64,000 nucleotides of DNA from Cyanophora paradoxa CCMP329 (lineage: Eukaryota; Plantae; Glaucophyta). A program made the translations under genes and the position numbers. The stretch is taken from contig QPMI01000125.1 of the NCBI GenBank assembly GCA_004431415.1, positions 1 to 64,000 of the forward strand. Reading direction: 5' to 3'. Below, piece after piece: positions 53,853-63,085 of this stretch (positions within the stretch are counted from its first letter, which is position 1; the number at the start of each line of letters is the position of its first letter). The notes beneath the pieces were generated by a model. It was not told the origin of the DNA, ran no database searches, and saw nothing but the letters and a program-made list of their open reading frames with translations.

Positions 53853-54787
53853 TCGTTAAACGCTAATCGGATCTCGAGCACTGATCATGATCGTGAATCG
53901 CCGAGTCGCGCCGCGGCGAAACAAATGTGACTCAGTGTCACAGTGTTAAAGAACGGAAGCTGTCGAGGTTCGAATAATTTTGGATCATCATGGCATCATG
54001 GCATCTCAGCCTGGCCATGGCAGAGTACTAGTCGACGTCTAGATTTGCATCAGCTGCAGGAGTTCTACATCGCCCAATTTATCTCTCCGACCATCATGGA
54101 ATCGATATCCCTCGCTAGGCCTCCCTCCCTGCCCGGCCGGCGCTGGCGCGGCCCCGGCGCCCCCGGGGCCGGGCCGCGGCACGGTCATGATCACATTAAC
54201 ATTTGAGTTCGCTCAAGATGATACGGATCATCTGCATACAGTGTCTCGCCTGAACGGCAATACCGAGCTGAATCAAACTGCTAGCTCATCAGCTATCTAA
54301 GAACACGGAAACTAGTCCTGCTGAGAAATGAAAGGCCTGCTGAAACCTAACAGGGCGCGACGCGGGACTGGCCCCCGCGGTACACCCGGCCCCGGCCCTC
54401 GAGTCGAAGGGCAGGGGCGCTGAATCTCGGCCTGTGAAACTGGACTTGAAACCTAAGGGACGGTCCGAATGCAGGTAGCGAAACGAGCGAGCGAGGCGAG
54501 CGGAGGGGGTCGCCGCCGTGCCCCAGGCCCGGCCCATCACTGGGCCTTCTTGGGGTGGCCGGCGCTGGCGCCGCCGGAGGAGGGCGAGAGGGGCCCCCCG
54601 CGGGGCCGCGACGCGGCCGGGGGCGGCGTGATGGAGCCGGAGAGGTCGATGGGGCGGAGCGGGGGCGTGTGGGGCGGGGGCGCCCCGAGCCCGTCGGTGT
54701 CCGATCTGCGGAGGCGAGGGATCAGACGGAGCCGAGCCGAGGCGAGCCGAGCCGGCTCGGCTCGGCTCGGAAAAAAGGTCTATATAT

Positions 54788-54908
54788 GATATTTGATTCT
54801 CGATAATGGTCTTTTAAAAAGAGAATTTTCTAAAAATCTATACATACATATAAGATATTTGATTCTCGATAATGGTCTTTTAAAAAGAGAATTTTCTAAA
54901 AATCTATA
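54788..54908 (+). repeat. AT-rich direct repeat, 2 x 55 bp, period 66
   Basis: gatatttgattctcgataatggtcttttaaaaagagaattttctaaaaatctata at 54788 and 54854. Confidence 0.95.
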
Positions 54909-55271
54909 TATATGAGGGCCATCAATGGGCCAAACGCGAAAAGTCAACTCCGAGAGCTCGAGACTCGGAAGTGACGCTTGGATTGCGGAGGTTCTTATAA
55001 CCGCCGCAACAGCTGTGGGGGTACCCCCTCCGAGGCTGGCGATCGCGGCGATCACGACCCTGGCGATCGCGATTTTCTCCCGATCGCGACCCTTTTCGAT
55101 CGCGATTTCGAGATCGGGGACATTAATGCGATCGCGAGAAAGGAAAAATCGGAAAAGGCCGAAAAGTGCCGTTTTCACGCGTGAAATCGATCGAAAACGA
55201 GGGTTCGAATCCCGGGCCCGGATTTGGACTTGGTCAGAATCTCGAGTCAAAATGGGAGAAAAATGTGACCT

Positions 55272-55320
55272 GGGACTTGGGACTTGGGACTTGGGACTTG
55301 GGACTTGGGACTTGGGACTT
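55272..55320 (+). repeat. (GGGACTT)7 array 1
   Basis: Direct count; flanked by cct and gggaagagtt. Confidence 0.97.
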
Positions 55321-55381
55321 GGGAAGAGTTGGAATCAGAGTCTGGACCCAAAAGCGGGGAAATTTTCGGACGGGGAGAAAA

Positions 55382-55852
55382 ATGTCAGGCAATCTCTATT
55401 ACGATTTTCCCTTTGAGTTGAATATGGCATTCGAGAGGTTGCGCGAGTTCTGGCGTTGGCACCTCACGGGACATGACATCCCCGACGTAACACCAGAGCC
55501 CAACACACAGGGCGTGCTTGAAGTCATCCGTCAATATCCGCGTCGATTCAATGAATGGATTGAGTTCCACGCGACGAGCCGTTTCCAGAGCCTCCCCGAG
55601 GCCATACGCGAAAATTTCGTGAGGCTGGTGGGACCAGGCTACGACAACCCTAACAATCATAGACCACGCCCAGCTGGCGTGACACGCGAAGCTCGAGAAG
55701 ACCGTAGACTTTTCCGCAGGGAATTGAGAGAGGATAGACGGAGGCTTTCAATGGGGCTCCCGCAGATTGTGAGGGGGTACAGCCCGGATTACGAGACTTA
55801 CCAAGAATTGTACGGCTTCGAAAATCCCTTTGAGAGGGCACTACCAGGGTGA
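55382..55852 (+). CDS. Intronless orphan protein (156 aa) of the viral element
   Basis: MSGNLYYDFPFELNMAFERLREFWRWHL...; ATG in AAAATG context, 11 nt after TTTTCGGA. Confidence 0.7.
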   Translation: MSGNLYYDFPFELNMAFERLREFWRWHLTGHDIPDVTPEPNTQGVLEVIRQYPRRFNEWIEFHATSRFQSLPEAIRENFVRLVGPGYDNPNNHRPRPAGVTREAREDRRLFRRELREDRRRLSMGLPQIVRGYSPDYETYQELYGFENPFERALPG

Positions 55853-56191
55853 GGGGCCAGGGGGGCCCCTGAGGGTGTACCCCCGGCCCGAGACTCGACC
55901 TTCGGCGGACGCACTCGGGCGATTTCCGTCAGGCCGGCTCCCTTTTTCTGCCTTCGGTCCAACGCTAAATTTGGCTTTTTTCAGGCCAGTTGGCAACGTT
56001 TTCCGTTGCGAACTAGACCGCGAAAAAAATCGCCCACAAAACCGCGGTCCGCCGCCATTTTGGCTCACTCTTGAAACGGGTTCGCCGCCTTCTCTCAGCC
56101 CAAGGAAACCCCGCCTCTCCGAATTTTCACAAGTCCGCCCTCACAGTCACCTCACGTTTTGCCTTTGCTGATTTCTTTTCCCTTTGCGCAG

Positions 56192-57259
56192 ATGTCGATT
56201 CCCGCTGAGCTTGCCGAGGACTTCGCCTTTGTCCAAGCAACGTGGGCTAACTCCGGTGGCACTCAAGGGGCTACCCCTGAGATGGAGCAGCGCGCCGACG
56301 CTCTGGGGTACATCTACAATTATGCCATCTTACGCGCCACTGGCCCCGAAGTGCAACTTCTCCCCAAGTCCGCCTTCACGTCCAAGGCCAAGAAATCCAA
56401 GTCCAAGCAACCCAAGCCCGAGCCCCCCGTCGACGTGCCCCCGTCCCCGGCTGGGTCAAGACCGCCAACGGCTGGGGCGACCCCAAGCTTTTCGCCGAGT
56501 CTGCTGCCGAGACGCTCGCCTGGGCCTACCCCCTCAAGTCTTCACGAATTACCCCCCTCCGTCATCGTCGTCATCTGCCCCTCAGCCCGTCGCCGAGCCC
56601 GCCCCGAGCCCGCCGATGACGCCAAGTCCGAGGCCTCTGACGTCGAGTCTGACATCAACGACTTCATCGACTTTGACGTGCCGATTCCATACGACTCTGA
56701 GTCGTCTTCTGACTCTGAAGGCGACAACGAAAACCCGACTCGCAAGCGCCGCATTATCAAGACCAAGTCAATCGTCAAGAAGAAGTTCATGGAGACTACG
56801 TCATTCACCGACAACTCCGAGCGCGTCAAGGACCCCGCCAAGGCACACGAGAAGGACTTGAAGCTCGGCGCCGGCATTGCCCGTTCTCGCGTGACGTCAC
56901 ACTACAGCGAGCGCCTGACTCAGCACGTCAAGACCATTGAGAAGCGCGTCCTCTGCAACGAGCTCCGCAAGGAGTTGGAGCGCAAGCGGCGCCACGAGCG
57001 CCTTGTCCAGTACCAGATCAACAAGGCGCGGATCGCCGAGCGCAAGCAGAAGGAGGCGGCCGAGCTCAAGGCGCGCATCGAGGCTCAGCAGCAGCGCGAG
57101 GCAGAGGCGGCAGCGGCCTTGGCGGCGCAGCGCGAGCGCGAGCGGCAGGACTTGGTGCAGGCAGCGCAGTCCCTTCCCCGCATTCCCCTTAAGTCGGCGC
57201 CCGAGGGCCTCATTGAGTTGGTTTCCGATGACGATGACTCTGACTTTGAGATGCTGTAA
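56192..57259 (+). CDS. Orphan protein (355 aa): Pro-rich and acidic middle, basic NLS-like patch, C-terminal coiled coil
   Basis: Open frame MSIPAELAEDFAFVQ...LIELVSDDDDSDFEML with strongly GC3-biased codons and an RKRRIIK patch. Confidence 0.8.
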   Translation: MSIPAELAEDFAFVQATWANSGGTQGATPEMEQRADALGYIYNYAILRATGPEVQLLPKSAFTSKAKKSKSKQPKPEPPVDVPPSPAGSRPPTAGATPSFSPSLLPRRSPGPTPSSLHELPPSVIVVICPSARRRARPEPADDAKSEASDVESDINDFIDFDVPIPYDSESSSDSEGDNENPTRKRRIIKTKSIVKKKFMETTSFTDNSERVKDPAKAHEKDLKLGAGIARSRVTSHYSERLTQHVKTIEKRVLCNELRKELERKRRHERLVQYQINKARIAERKQKEAAELKARIEAQQQREAEAAAALAAQRERERQDLVQAAQSLPRIPLKSAPEGLIELVSDDDDSDFEML

Positions 57260-57333
57260 ATAGTATTGCGTCATTCCATTGTACATACTTGTAAAAATTG
57301 GCCGACTATTCAGTTACGACTTGGCGCGATCCT

Positions 57334-57382
57334 GGGACTTGGGACTTGGGACTTGGGACTTGGGACTTGGGACTTGGGACTT
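57334..57382 (+). repeat. (GGGACTT)7 array 2
   Basis: Direct count; same flanks as array 1. Confidence 0.97.
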
Positions 57383-57672
57383 GGGAAGAGTTAGACTCAG
57401 GGTCTGGGCCCAGAATCTCTCTGGATCTGAGAGTTTGCCGCGCCAAGTCCCTAACCACCGGGCAGACATGTAGAGGGGTACGGAAATCTGCATATGACGT
57501 TTCTGGTGACATTCCAGGTGAGATTTCAAGCGAGGTAGAGTCTGAACTGGTGTACGACTTGTAGCATGATACTGGACATGAAAGCTCACGAGAGTATGCA
57601 ACCGAAAACGGATGTGAAGAGGGGTAGGAGTTTTCGTGTGAGATGTCGAGAGAAGGAGGGTACGAGATGGGA

Positions 57673-57720
57673 TACGAGTAAAAAAGACTACGAGTAAAAA
57701 AGACTACGAGTAAAAAAGAG
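57673..57720 (+). repeat. 3 x 16-bp tandem repeat tacgagtaaaaaaga(c/g)
   Basis: Direct reading; a degenerate fourth copy lies at ~57733-57748. Confidence 0.9.
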
Positions 57721-57831
57721 TATGAGGAGTGGTAGGAGTAAAAAAGTCGGTAGAAAAACTCACCTGACTTGTCTGACAAATTTCTGATCCTGGAGAAAGT
57801 CTGGGCCGGGACCTGGGTTTCAACTCTTCCC

Positions 57832-57908
57832 AAGTCCCAAGTCCCAAGTCCCAAGTCCCAAGTCCCAAGTCCCAAGTCCCAAGTCCCAAGTCCCAAGTCC
57901 CAAGTCCC
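57832..57908 (-). repeat. (GGGACTT)11 array 3, inverted relative to arrays 1 and 2
   Basis: (aagtccc)11 on the plus strand. Confidence 0.97.
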
Positions 57909-57932
57909 AGGTTTTTCTGAACCTAGGGCAAA

Positions 57933-58297
57933 ATGGCCCTGCTCCGGTGCACCGACTCGCAAGACGTCGCCTACAACGTCCTGGTCAACTCGGACGTACC
58001 CCGAGTGCCTTGGAGTTTCCCTGGAGAGTGGACAGGGACAGGGTGAGCAAGACGTTTGGAGGGCGCAAGCACTACCTCTCCCAGCTGATCCTCGGGAAGT
58101 CGCCACGTGGACGCTACGTGGAACACATCAACGGCAACCCGCTGGACTACAGGAGGGAGAACCTGCGCTGGGCATCAATGTCGGAGATTCGCAAGAAGAG
58201 GAGGGGGTACGCCAATTTACAGGAGAAGAGCGAGGAGATTCGGGAGATGATGGAGGCGACACAGGTGCTAATGCAGCTTAGCCAGTCTAGACGCTAG
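57933..58297 (+). CDS. HNH endonuclease-like protein (HNH_3/phage type), one apparent frameshift near 58000
   Basis: KHYLSQLILGKSPRGRYVEHINGNPLDYRRENLRW resembles the VDHINGNPLDNRxxNLR motif. ATG 57933 (MALLRCTDSQDVAYNVLVNSD) is in another frame but carries the shared upstream motif. Confidence 0.8.
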
Positions 58298-59099
58298 TGG
58301 TGTGAATCTTGGTGTCGTACTCGCGACCGACCGTTTCCCAGGCCACGTAAACTTCGGCTCCGGCGCCTGGCGCTGTCGAGTTGGTAGTCGCAGTCGTGTA
58401 GTCCGCCTCTGCCTCAATTAGTTCGGCCATGAGGGTAGAGCCCACGACCATTCCAGAGGTAGGCATTCCGGCGATGTTGTTGTACAATTTGAAAGTGAAT
58501 TTCGTGAAGAGGAGCCGGGGCCAGACCTGGGTACGGGGATTCGAGGCGCCGTATGAATAATCGGTACCCGAGGCGCCGCCCGTGGTGGCATTCGTCATCA
58601 TCTCCTTTGCGGTCATCTTCCAGAGGTTGTACATCTCAAAGGGAACGGCCTGCGTGGTCTTGTGTGTGGCATCGATGAGGGCGCCATCTAAATGCGTTTT
58701 GATGTTCGGATTCGCACCATTCCCGAATTTGCGAGTGAGGGCGGTGTTAGCGGTGAACTTGAGTTCGAGCACGCGAATGGCGGGCCGATCAGGCACAGAG
58801 GGCTCTATCTTTTTCAGGAGGCCCGAGAGCCAGAGCGCCTCCGCCTCATCCGCGCTCACGCCCGAGTCGATGTCAAAGTACACGTACACGGAGCAGGAGG
58901 CGGGATTCTCGAAATCGTTGGAGGTGACGCGCAACATGACGGGATTCTGGACCCTCACGGTGAGCGGGGTGGCGTAGTTTCCGTCCCACTCCACCTTGTC
59001 CGTCCCTGCGTTGGCCACGTTCCCAGCGTTGCCGTAGAAATCGGGGACGATCGAGCCGGCAGACACGGTCTTCACGATGGTGGCCGAGGTGGTCGGCAT
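58287..59099 (-). CDS. Orphan protein A (270 aa), putative virion structural protein
   Basis: Intact intronless ORF, Thr/Asn/Gly-rich with alternating hydrophobic segments; paralogue of the adjacent gene. Confidence 0.75.
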   Translation of the reverse strand: MPTTSATIVKTVSAGSIVPDFYGNAGNVANAGTDKVEWDGNYATPLTVRVQNPVMLRVTSNDFENPASCSVYVYFDIDSGVSADEAEALWLSGLLKKIEPSVPDRPAIRVLELKFTANTALTRKFGNGANPNIKTHLDGALIDATHKTTQAVPFEMYNLWKMTAKEMMTNATTGGASGTDYSYGASNPRTQVWPRLLFTKFTFKLYNNIAGMPTSGMVVGSTLMAELIEAEADYTTATTNSTAPGAGAEVYVAWETVGREYDTKIHTTSV

Positions 59100-59122
59100 T
59101 TTGCGACCTCAAATGAGAAAGA

Positions 59123-59802
59123 TTATCCGTGAAAGAGGGTGATGTCGCCACCGATGTTCATGACGCGGGCCCCAGGCACAGAGTCAGCGTCGGTGCCGTA
59201 CGCGTAGGAAATCGAGCACTCACGCAGCTCCGCGCAGAGGCTGGCGCCCGTGCTGAAGTGGGGCTGGTCGGCGGCGTAGGAGAGGGGGAAGACCTGGAAC
59301 CTGAAAAAGGTGAAGGGGAAGCGGGGTAGAGTCGAGCCGCGTGGGTTGCCGCCCGTGTAGAGGGCCCCAGGGTCGCGGGACTTGGATTGAATTTCGTGAA
59401 GAGCACGTCGCCCTTGAGCGTACCCCTCATCTGGTAAGTTCCCGTACCCGGAAGATTCGAAGAACTGGGGTACCGGTTCACGGTGGGGCCGTACCCCGTC
59501 TCCCTGAACTTGACCTCGAGACAGCGCAAGACGTTGGCAGTGGCCGTGGCAGGTGCCACCTTTTTCACGAGTCCTGATTCGTGCAGCAGCTCGATAACCT
59601 CTGCGCTGAGGCTCAGAGGGTCGAAGAAGAGCTGGTAGGAATAAATCTTGGGCGTGGCGTAGGCGTTCTGAACGACCTGAATCACGACGGGATTCTGCAG
59701 AAAGACGTCGACGTAACTGCCGGAGGGTATGCGTGCGAAATCCTTGGTGTTGTTGCCAACGTCAAGTGAGCCGCTGAGGGTCTGGTACCAGTTGGAAGTC
59801 AT
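59123..59802 (-). CDS. Orphan protein B, paralogue of protein A; one apparent frameshift near 59390
   Basis: Shares QNPV.., FD, SGL(L/V)KK(I/V)xP and RxLE(L/V)KF with A. The alternative frame continues YTGGNPRGSTLPRFPFTFFRF..GASLCAELRE, matching YGASNPRTQVWPRLLFTKFTF..GSTLMAELIE in A; stop at 59123-59125. Confidence 0.75.
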
Positions 59803-59821
59803 TTACCCCGGGGCAGATATT

Positions 59822-59844
59822 TTTTCGGATCGTAGAGGAAAATG
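59822..59844 (+). promoter_or_regulatory. Putative viral promoter motif TTTTC(G/T)GA-N11-12-ATG (also at 55363, 57913 and 63081-63074 on minus)
   Basis: The same octamer occurs at near-fixed distance upstream of four ATGs, each preceded by AAA. Confidence 0.7.
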
Positions 59845-61982
59845 CCCCGCTTCGTATTCGTGAAAAAGCAGGTGGTGCAGGCTCCGCAGTATGGCGTGGA
59901 GCCGATCTCGCTGACTGTGGGCAGGCCCCAGGTGCGATCGGGCTCCGTGCTCAACAACGGGAACAGTACGTACGGCTTTCAGCTGAACTGGGTCGCGGTC
60001 ACCAACGCCGTCAAGTACAAGGTGTACAGGGCGACCAGCATCAACGGCCCCTGGGATCTCGTGGCCACGGTGAATGCGCCAACCGTCACCTACACGGACT
60101 CTCCCTTTAGTTTGGGGGCCCAGCGACTCTACCGCGTGGCGGCGGTTCGCGAACAGGGCAGCAGCAGCACGGGCTCTGATGGCAAAGCCCCGCCCACAAC
60201 CTACGCACAGTCGCTTCTCTACACCCACGAGGGTGCCATGAGCAATTACATTCTCTTCCAAGGCATAGGCGGCTTCAGCCCGCAGATCGAAGCCTACACC
60301 ACGCTCACGACCGCCACGGCCCAGACCTACGGCGATTTTATTGCCGGGGGCGGCCCCGCGTCTTCGGGCTTCCCGAAACCCGCCATAGTCGTCACAATCA
60401 ACTGGGTGGCCATGGAGGGCGCGGACTCGATTCGAATTTACAGGAACGGTACGCCAATCGGATTTGCGAGCAGTGCCCTGTCTACCTCGTACATTGACGA
60501 TAGCACTGCTCTTACGTGGGGCACGGAATACTCTTACCAGGTGGCCGGCATCGTGGGCGGTGTCGAATACGACAAGTCCGATCCGCTCCTGGTCTGGACT
60601 ATGCCAAACGCCCCACGAACGTGACGGCATCAGCACCCAACGACCAGCAGCAGCCTGTCAGCCTCAGCTGGACTGCGTCCACGGGAGCGACGGGATACAA
60701 GATTTACAGAGACGGGGCCTACCTCACAGACTCCGCGACCAACTCCTACAGCGACACGACCACCGTCTGGGGTACAGGGTACGAGTACCAGATCTCCGCG
60801 ACGAACACGGGAGGGGAGGGGCCGAAGAGTATTGCGGCGTACGTCACCACGGACCCGGGGGCGCCCACTGGGCTCACTGCAACCCCCGCGGCGGGGGCAG
60901 CACAGCCTGTTGTGCTCGAGTGGTCGGTGCCGGTGACGGGCGTCACCGTCTCCTACAACATCTACAGGGGTGGCGTGTTCCTTGCCAGCGACACGAGCAG
61001 CCCCTTTTCGGACACAACGACCGTTTACGGAACCACTTACACTTACACCATCAAGGGCGTCAACCAGATCGGCGAGGAAGGCCCTCAGTCCTCGTCTGCC
61101 AGTGCAACAACTGCAAACGCTCCTGTTTTGGGTACATTCTCCTACACCGGGGCCGACCAGACTTTCGTAGTACCAACGGGGACTGTGGCTGTGCGTGTCA
61201 TCGTATGGGCGGCCGGGGGTGGAGGCGGAGAACGCGCAGGTACGGGGGTCCGTGGAGGCGCGGGTGCTTGCGTAGTTGGTACATTGGCTGTGTCCTCGGG
61301 GGAGACGCTCATCCTTGTTGTTGGATGCGGCGGCCCAAAGGGTGTATCGGGGACTGCCACTGCTACCGTCTACGGAGGTGGTGGAAGGGGCTGGAGCCAT
61401 AGCGTCGATCCGGAGTACAAAAACGGCGCCGGTGGTGGTCGTTCTGCAATTCAGCGCGTTGCAGGGACCGACTTGGTTGTTGCAGGGGCCGGAGGTGGGG
61501 GTACATGTGATTCGAATGGCGGCGGGGGAGTAGGCGGGGGGTTGACCGGTGGTGCGGCTGGGTTGGTTGGAGTAACCGGAGAGATACCGGCTCAAGGAGG
61601 CACCCAAACCGCTGGCGGAGCCGGTGTTGTGGCCTCAGGGGCCAGGCCCAGCAACCCGGGAACTTTGCGCCAAGGTGGAGAGACTGGGCCTGATTCAAGC
61701 GGCTACAGGTTCGGTGGTGGTGGTGGTGGTGGTTACTTCGGTGGAGGCTCTGGGTCCAGCAGGAGCGGAGTGTCAGAGAACCCAATAGCAAGAATGTTTG
61801 GAGGTGGCGGTGGCTCGAGCTACATAGGAAACTTGACGGATGCTACGGTGTATCCTGGGTCCGGCCAGGTGGCAGGAAATAGCGGAGACGCTCACTACGC
61901 AGCAGGCATTGGTAGGGGCGGCAACGGTGGCTCGTCTTTCAGCGACGGTGGCAACGGTCGAATTGTGATACTCGCGGTGTAG
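59842..61982 (+). CDS. Fibronectin type III repeat plus glycine-rich domain protein (putative fibre/adhesin); one frameshift near 60610 joins the two ORFs
   Basis: About four FN3-like units (LNWVAVTNAVKYKVYR, LSWTASTGATGYKIYRDG..YEYQISATN..GEGPKS, LEWSVP..SYNIYRGG), then FSYTGADQTFVVP..VWAAGGGG Gly-rich domain. MPNAP|TNVTAS is continuous across the frame change. Confidence 0.85.
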
Positions 61983-62002
61983 TTATTCCTAGTTGTTCCA
62001 GA

Positions 62003-63061
62003 TCAGCTCGCCAGTGCCGCTACCTGGTCTTTGAGAGTTTGAACTTCTTGTGAAAGTTCCTGAATTGCCTTCAACGACAGGGAAATGAGCCTGTCGTAGT
62101 TTACCCCGAGAAATCCATCCGCGTTCTCGAAAACGAGACTCGGGAAGACGCCTTGGACTTCCTGTGCGATGAGACCGTAATCCGTTTTCGAACCCCCGAG
62201 GATGTGTTCTTCCAGGTGAACGACACGGGATTCAGCTGCAGCAGAAGAGGGAGAATGCCCGACATGCTCGCGACATTTTCTTTCAGGCGGCTATCGCTCG
62301 ACGAGTTTGTCAGGTATCCTTGAGCATCCGAATAAACGGCTCGGTTTCCATCGCCCGTGAGCGTCGAGACGATGAGCCGACCCGTGATGCCAACGCCGAC
62401 GGTTCCGCACAGCAGTCGTTCGGTGCCGTTGTTTCTCAAGGATAGACCAGAGCTGACGCTTCCGCTATCAACGATTGAAGTGTTTGCTATGCTTAGGCCA
62501 TTAGTAGGGCCTTCGATTGCCGAGGTAAATAGAGTACCTGTAACACCAACGCCAAGAGTCCCACAGAGGAGTCTATCGTTTTCGTTGTACTTTATAGCTA
62601 CGCCTGAACCACCGCCATTTATGTACGGTGACGTTCCGGTAATTTGCAGCTTATCGTCCAATGTAACGATGCCCGCCAAGTTTGAAGCCCCGCTCACCCT
62701 AAGCCCCCCACCACGTTTGCTCCGCCTCCTTGCACATACAGAGCCGCATTCCCCTCCCCGTTCACAGTCCCATTAAAGGTCACCTGATTCGTGGTGTACC
62801 CGCTCCCGTCCCAGGCCCCGTTCGTGACGGTGAGCCTCTGCGTCCTCACGCGCCCCGGCACGGCCGACCCGCCCTCCCGCGTGCGCATCTTGTCGCAGCG
62901 CAGCTCGCCGACGCGGACGAGGTCGGCCTCGGAAAAGGGGACGGCCGTGGCGTTGTAGGGGCCTCGGTGGCCTGGTTTCCGAGGGTGGTCTCCTTAATCG
63001 TGTGATCGCCCTTGTGATTCACGCTGGCAGCATAGGTAAATAGAGGGACAGCGACCGACAT
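62003..63061 (-). CDS. Fibre/spike protein with C-terminal Peptidase_S74 intramolecular chaperone; about three apparent frameshifts
   Basis: SSDSRLKENV..LLQLNPVSFTWK, then in a shifted frame YGLIAQEVQGVFPSLV..GVNYDRLISLSLKAIQELSQEVQTLK*. ATG 63061 carries the shared upstream motif. Confidence 0.85.
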
Positions 63062-63085
63062 TTTTGGATTGCATCAGAAAATCGA

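Noticed and set aside
55166-55381. GTWDLGL peptide repeats as a protein domain
   Set aside because: They arise automatically from translating a stop-free 7-mer repeat in any frame; ATG 55382 with the upstream motif is the better start.
57450-57765. CRISPR-like array interpretation of the periodic core
   Set aside because: The constant part is only 2 nt with 10-nt variable parts, there are no cas genes and the context is eukaryotic.
55272-57908. (GGGACTT)n as true chromosome telomeres
   Set aside because: The arrays are short, internal, in both orientations and embedded in conserved non-telomeric flanks.
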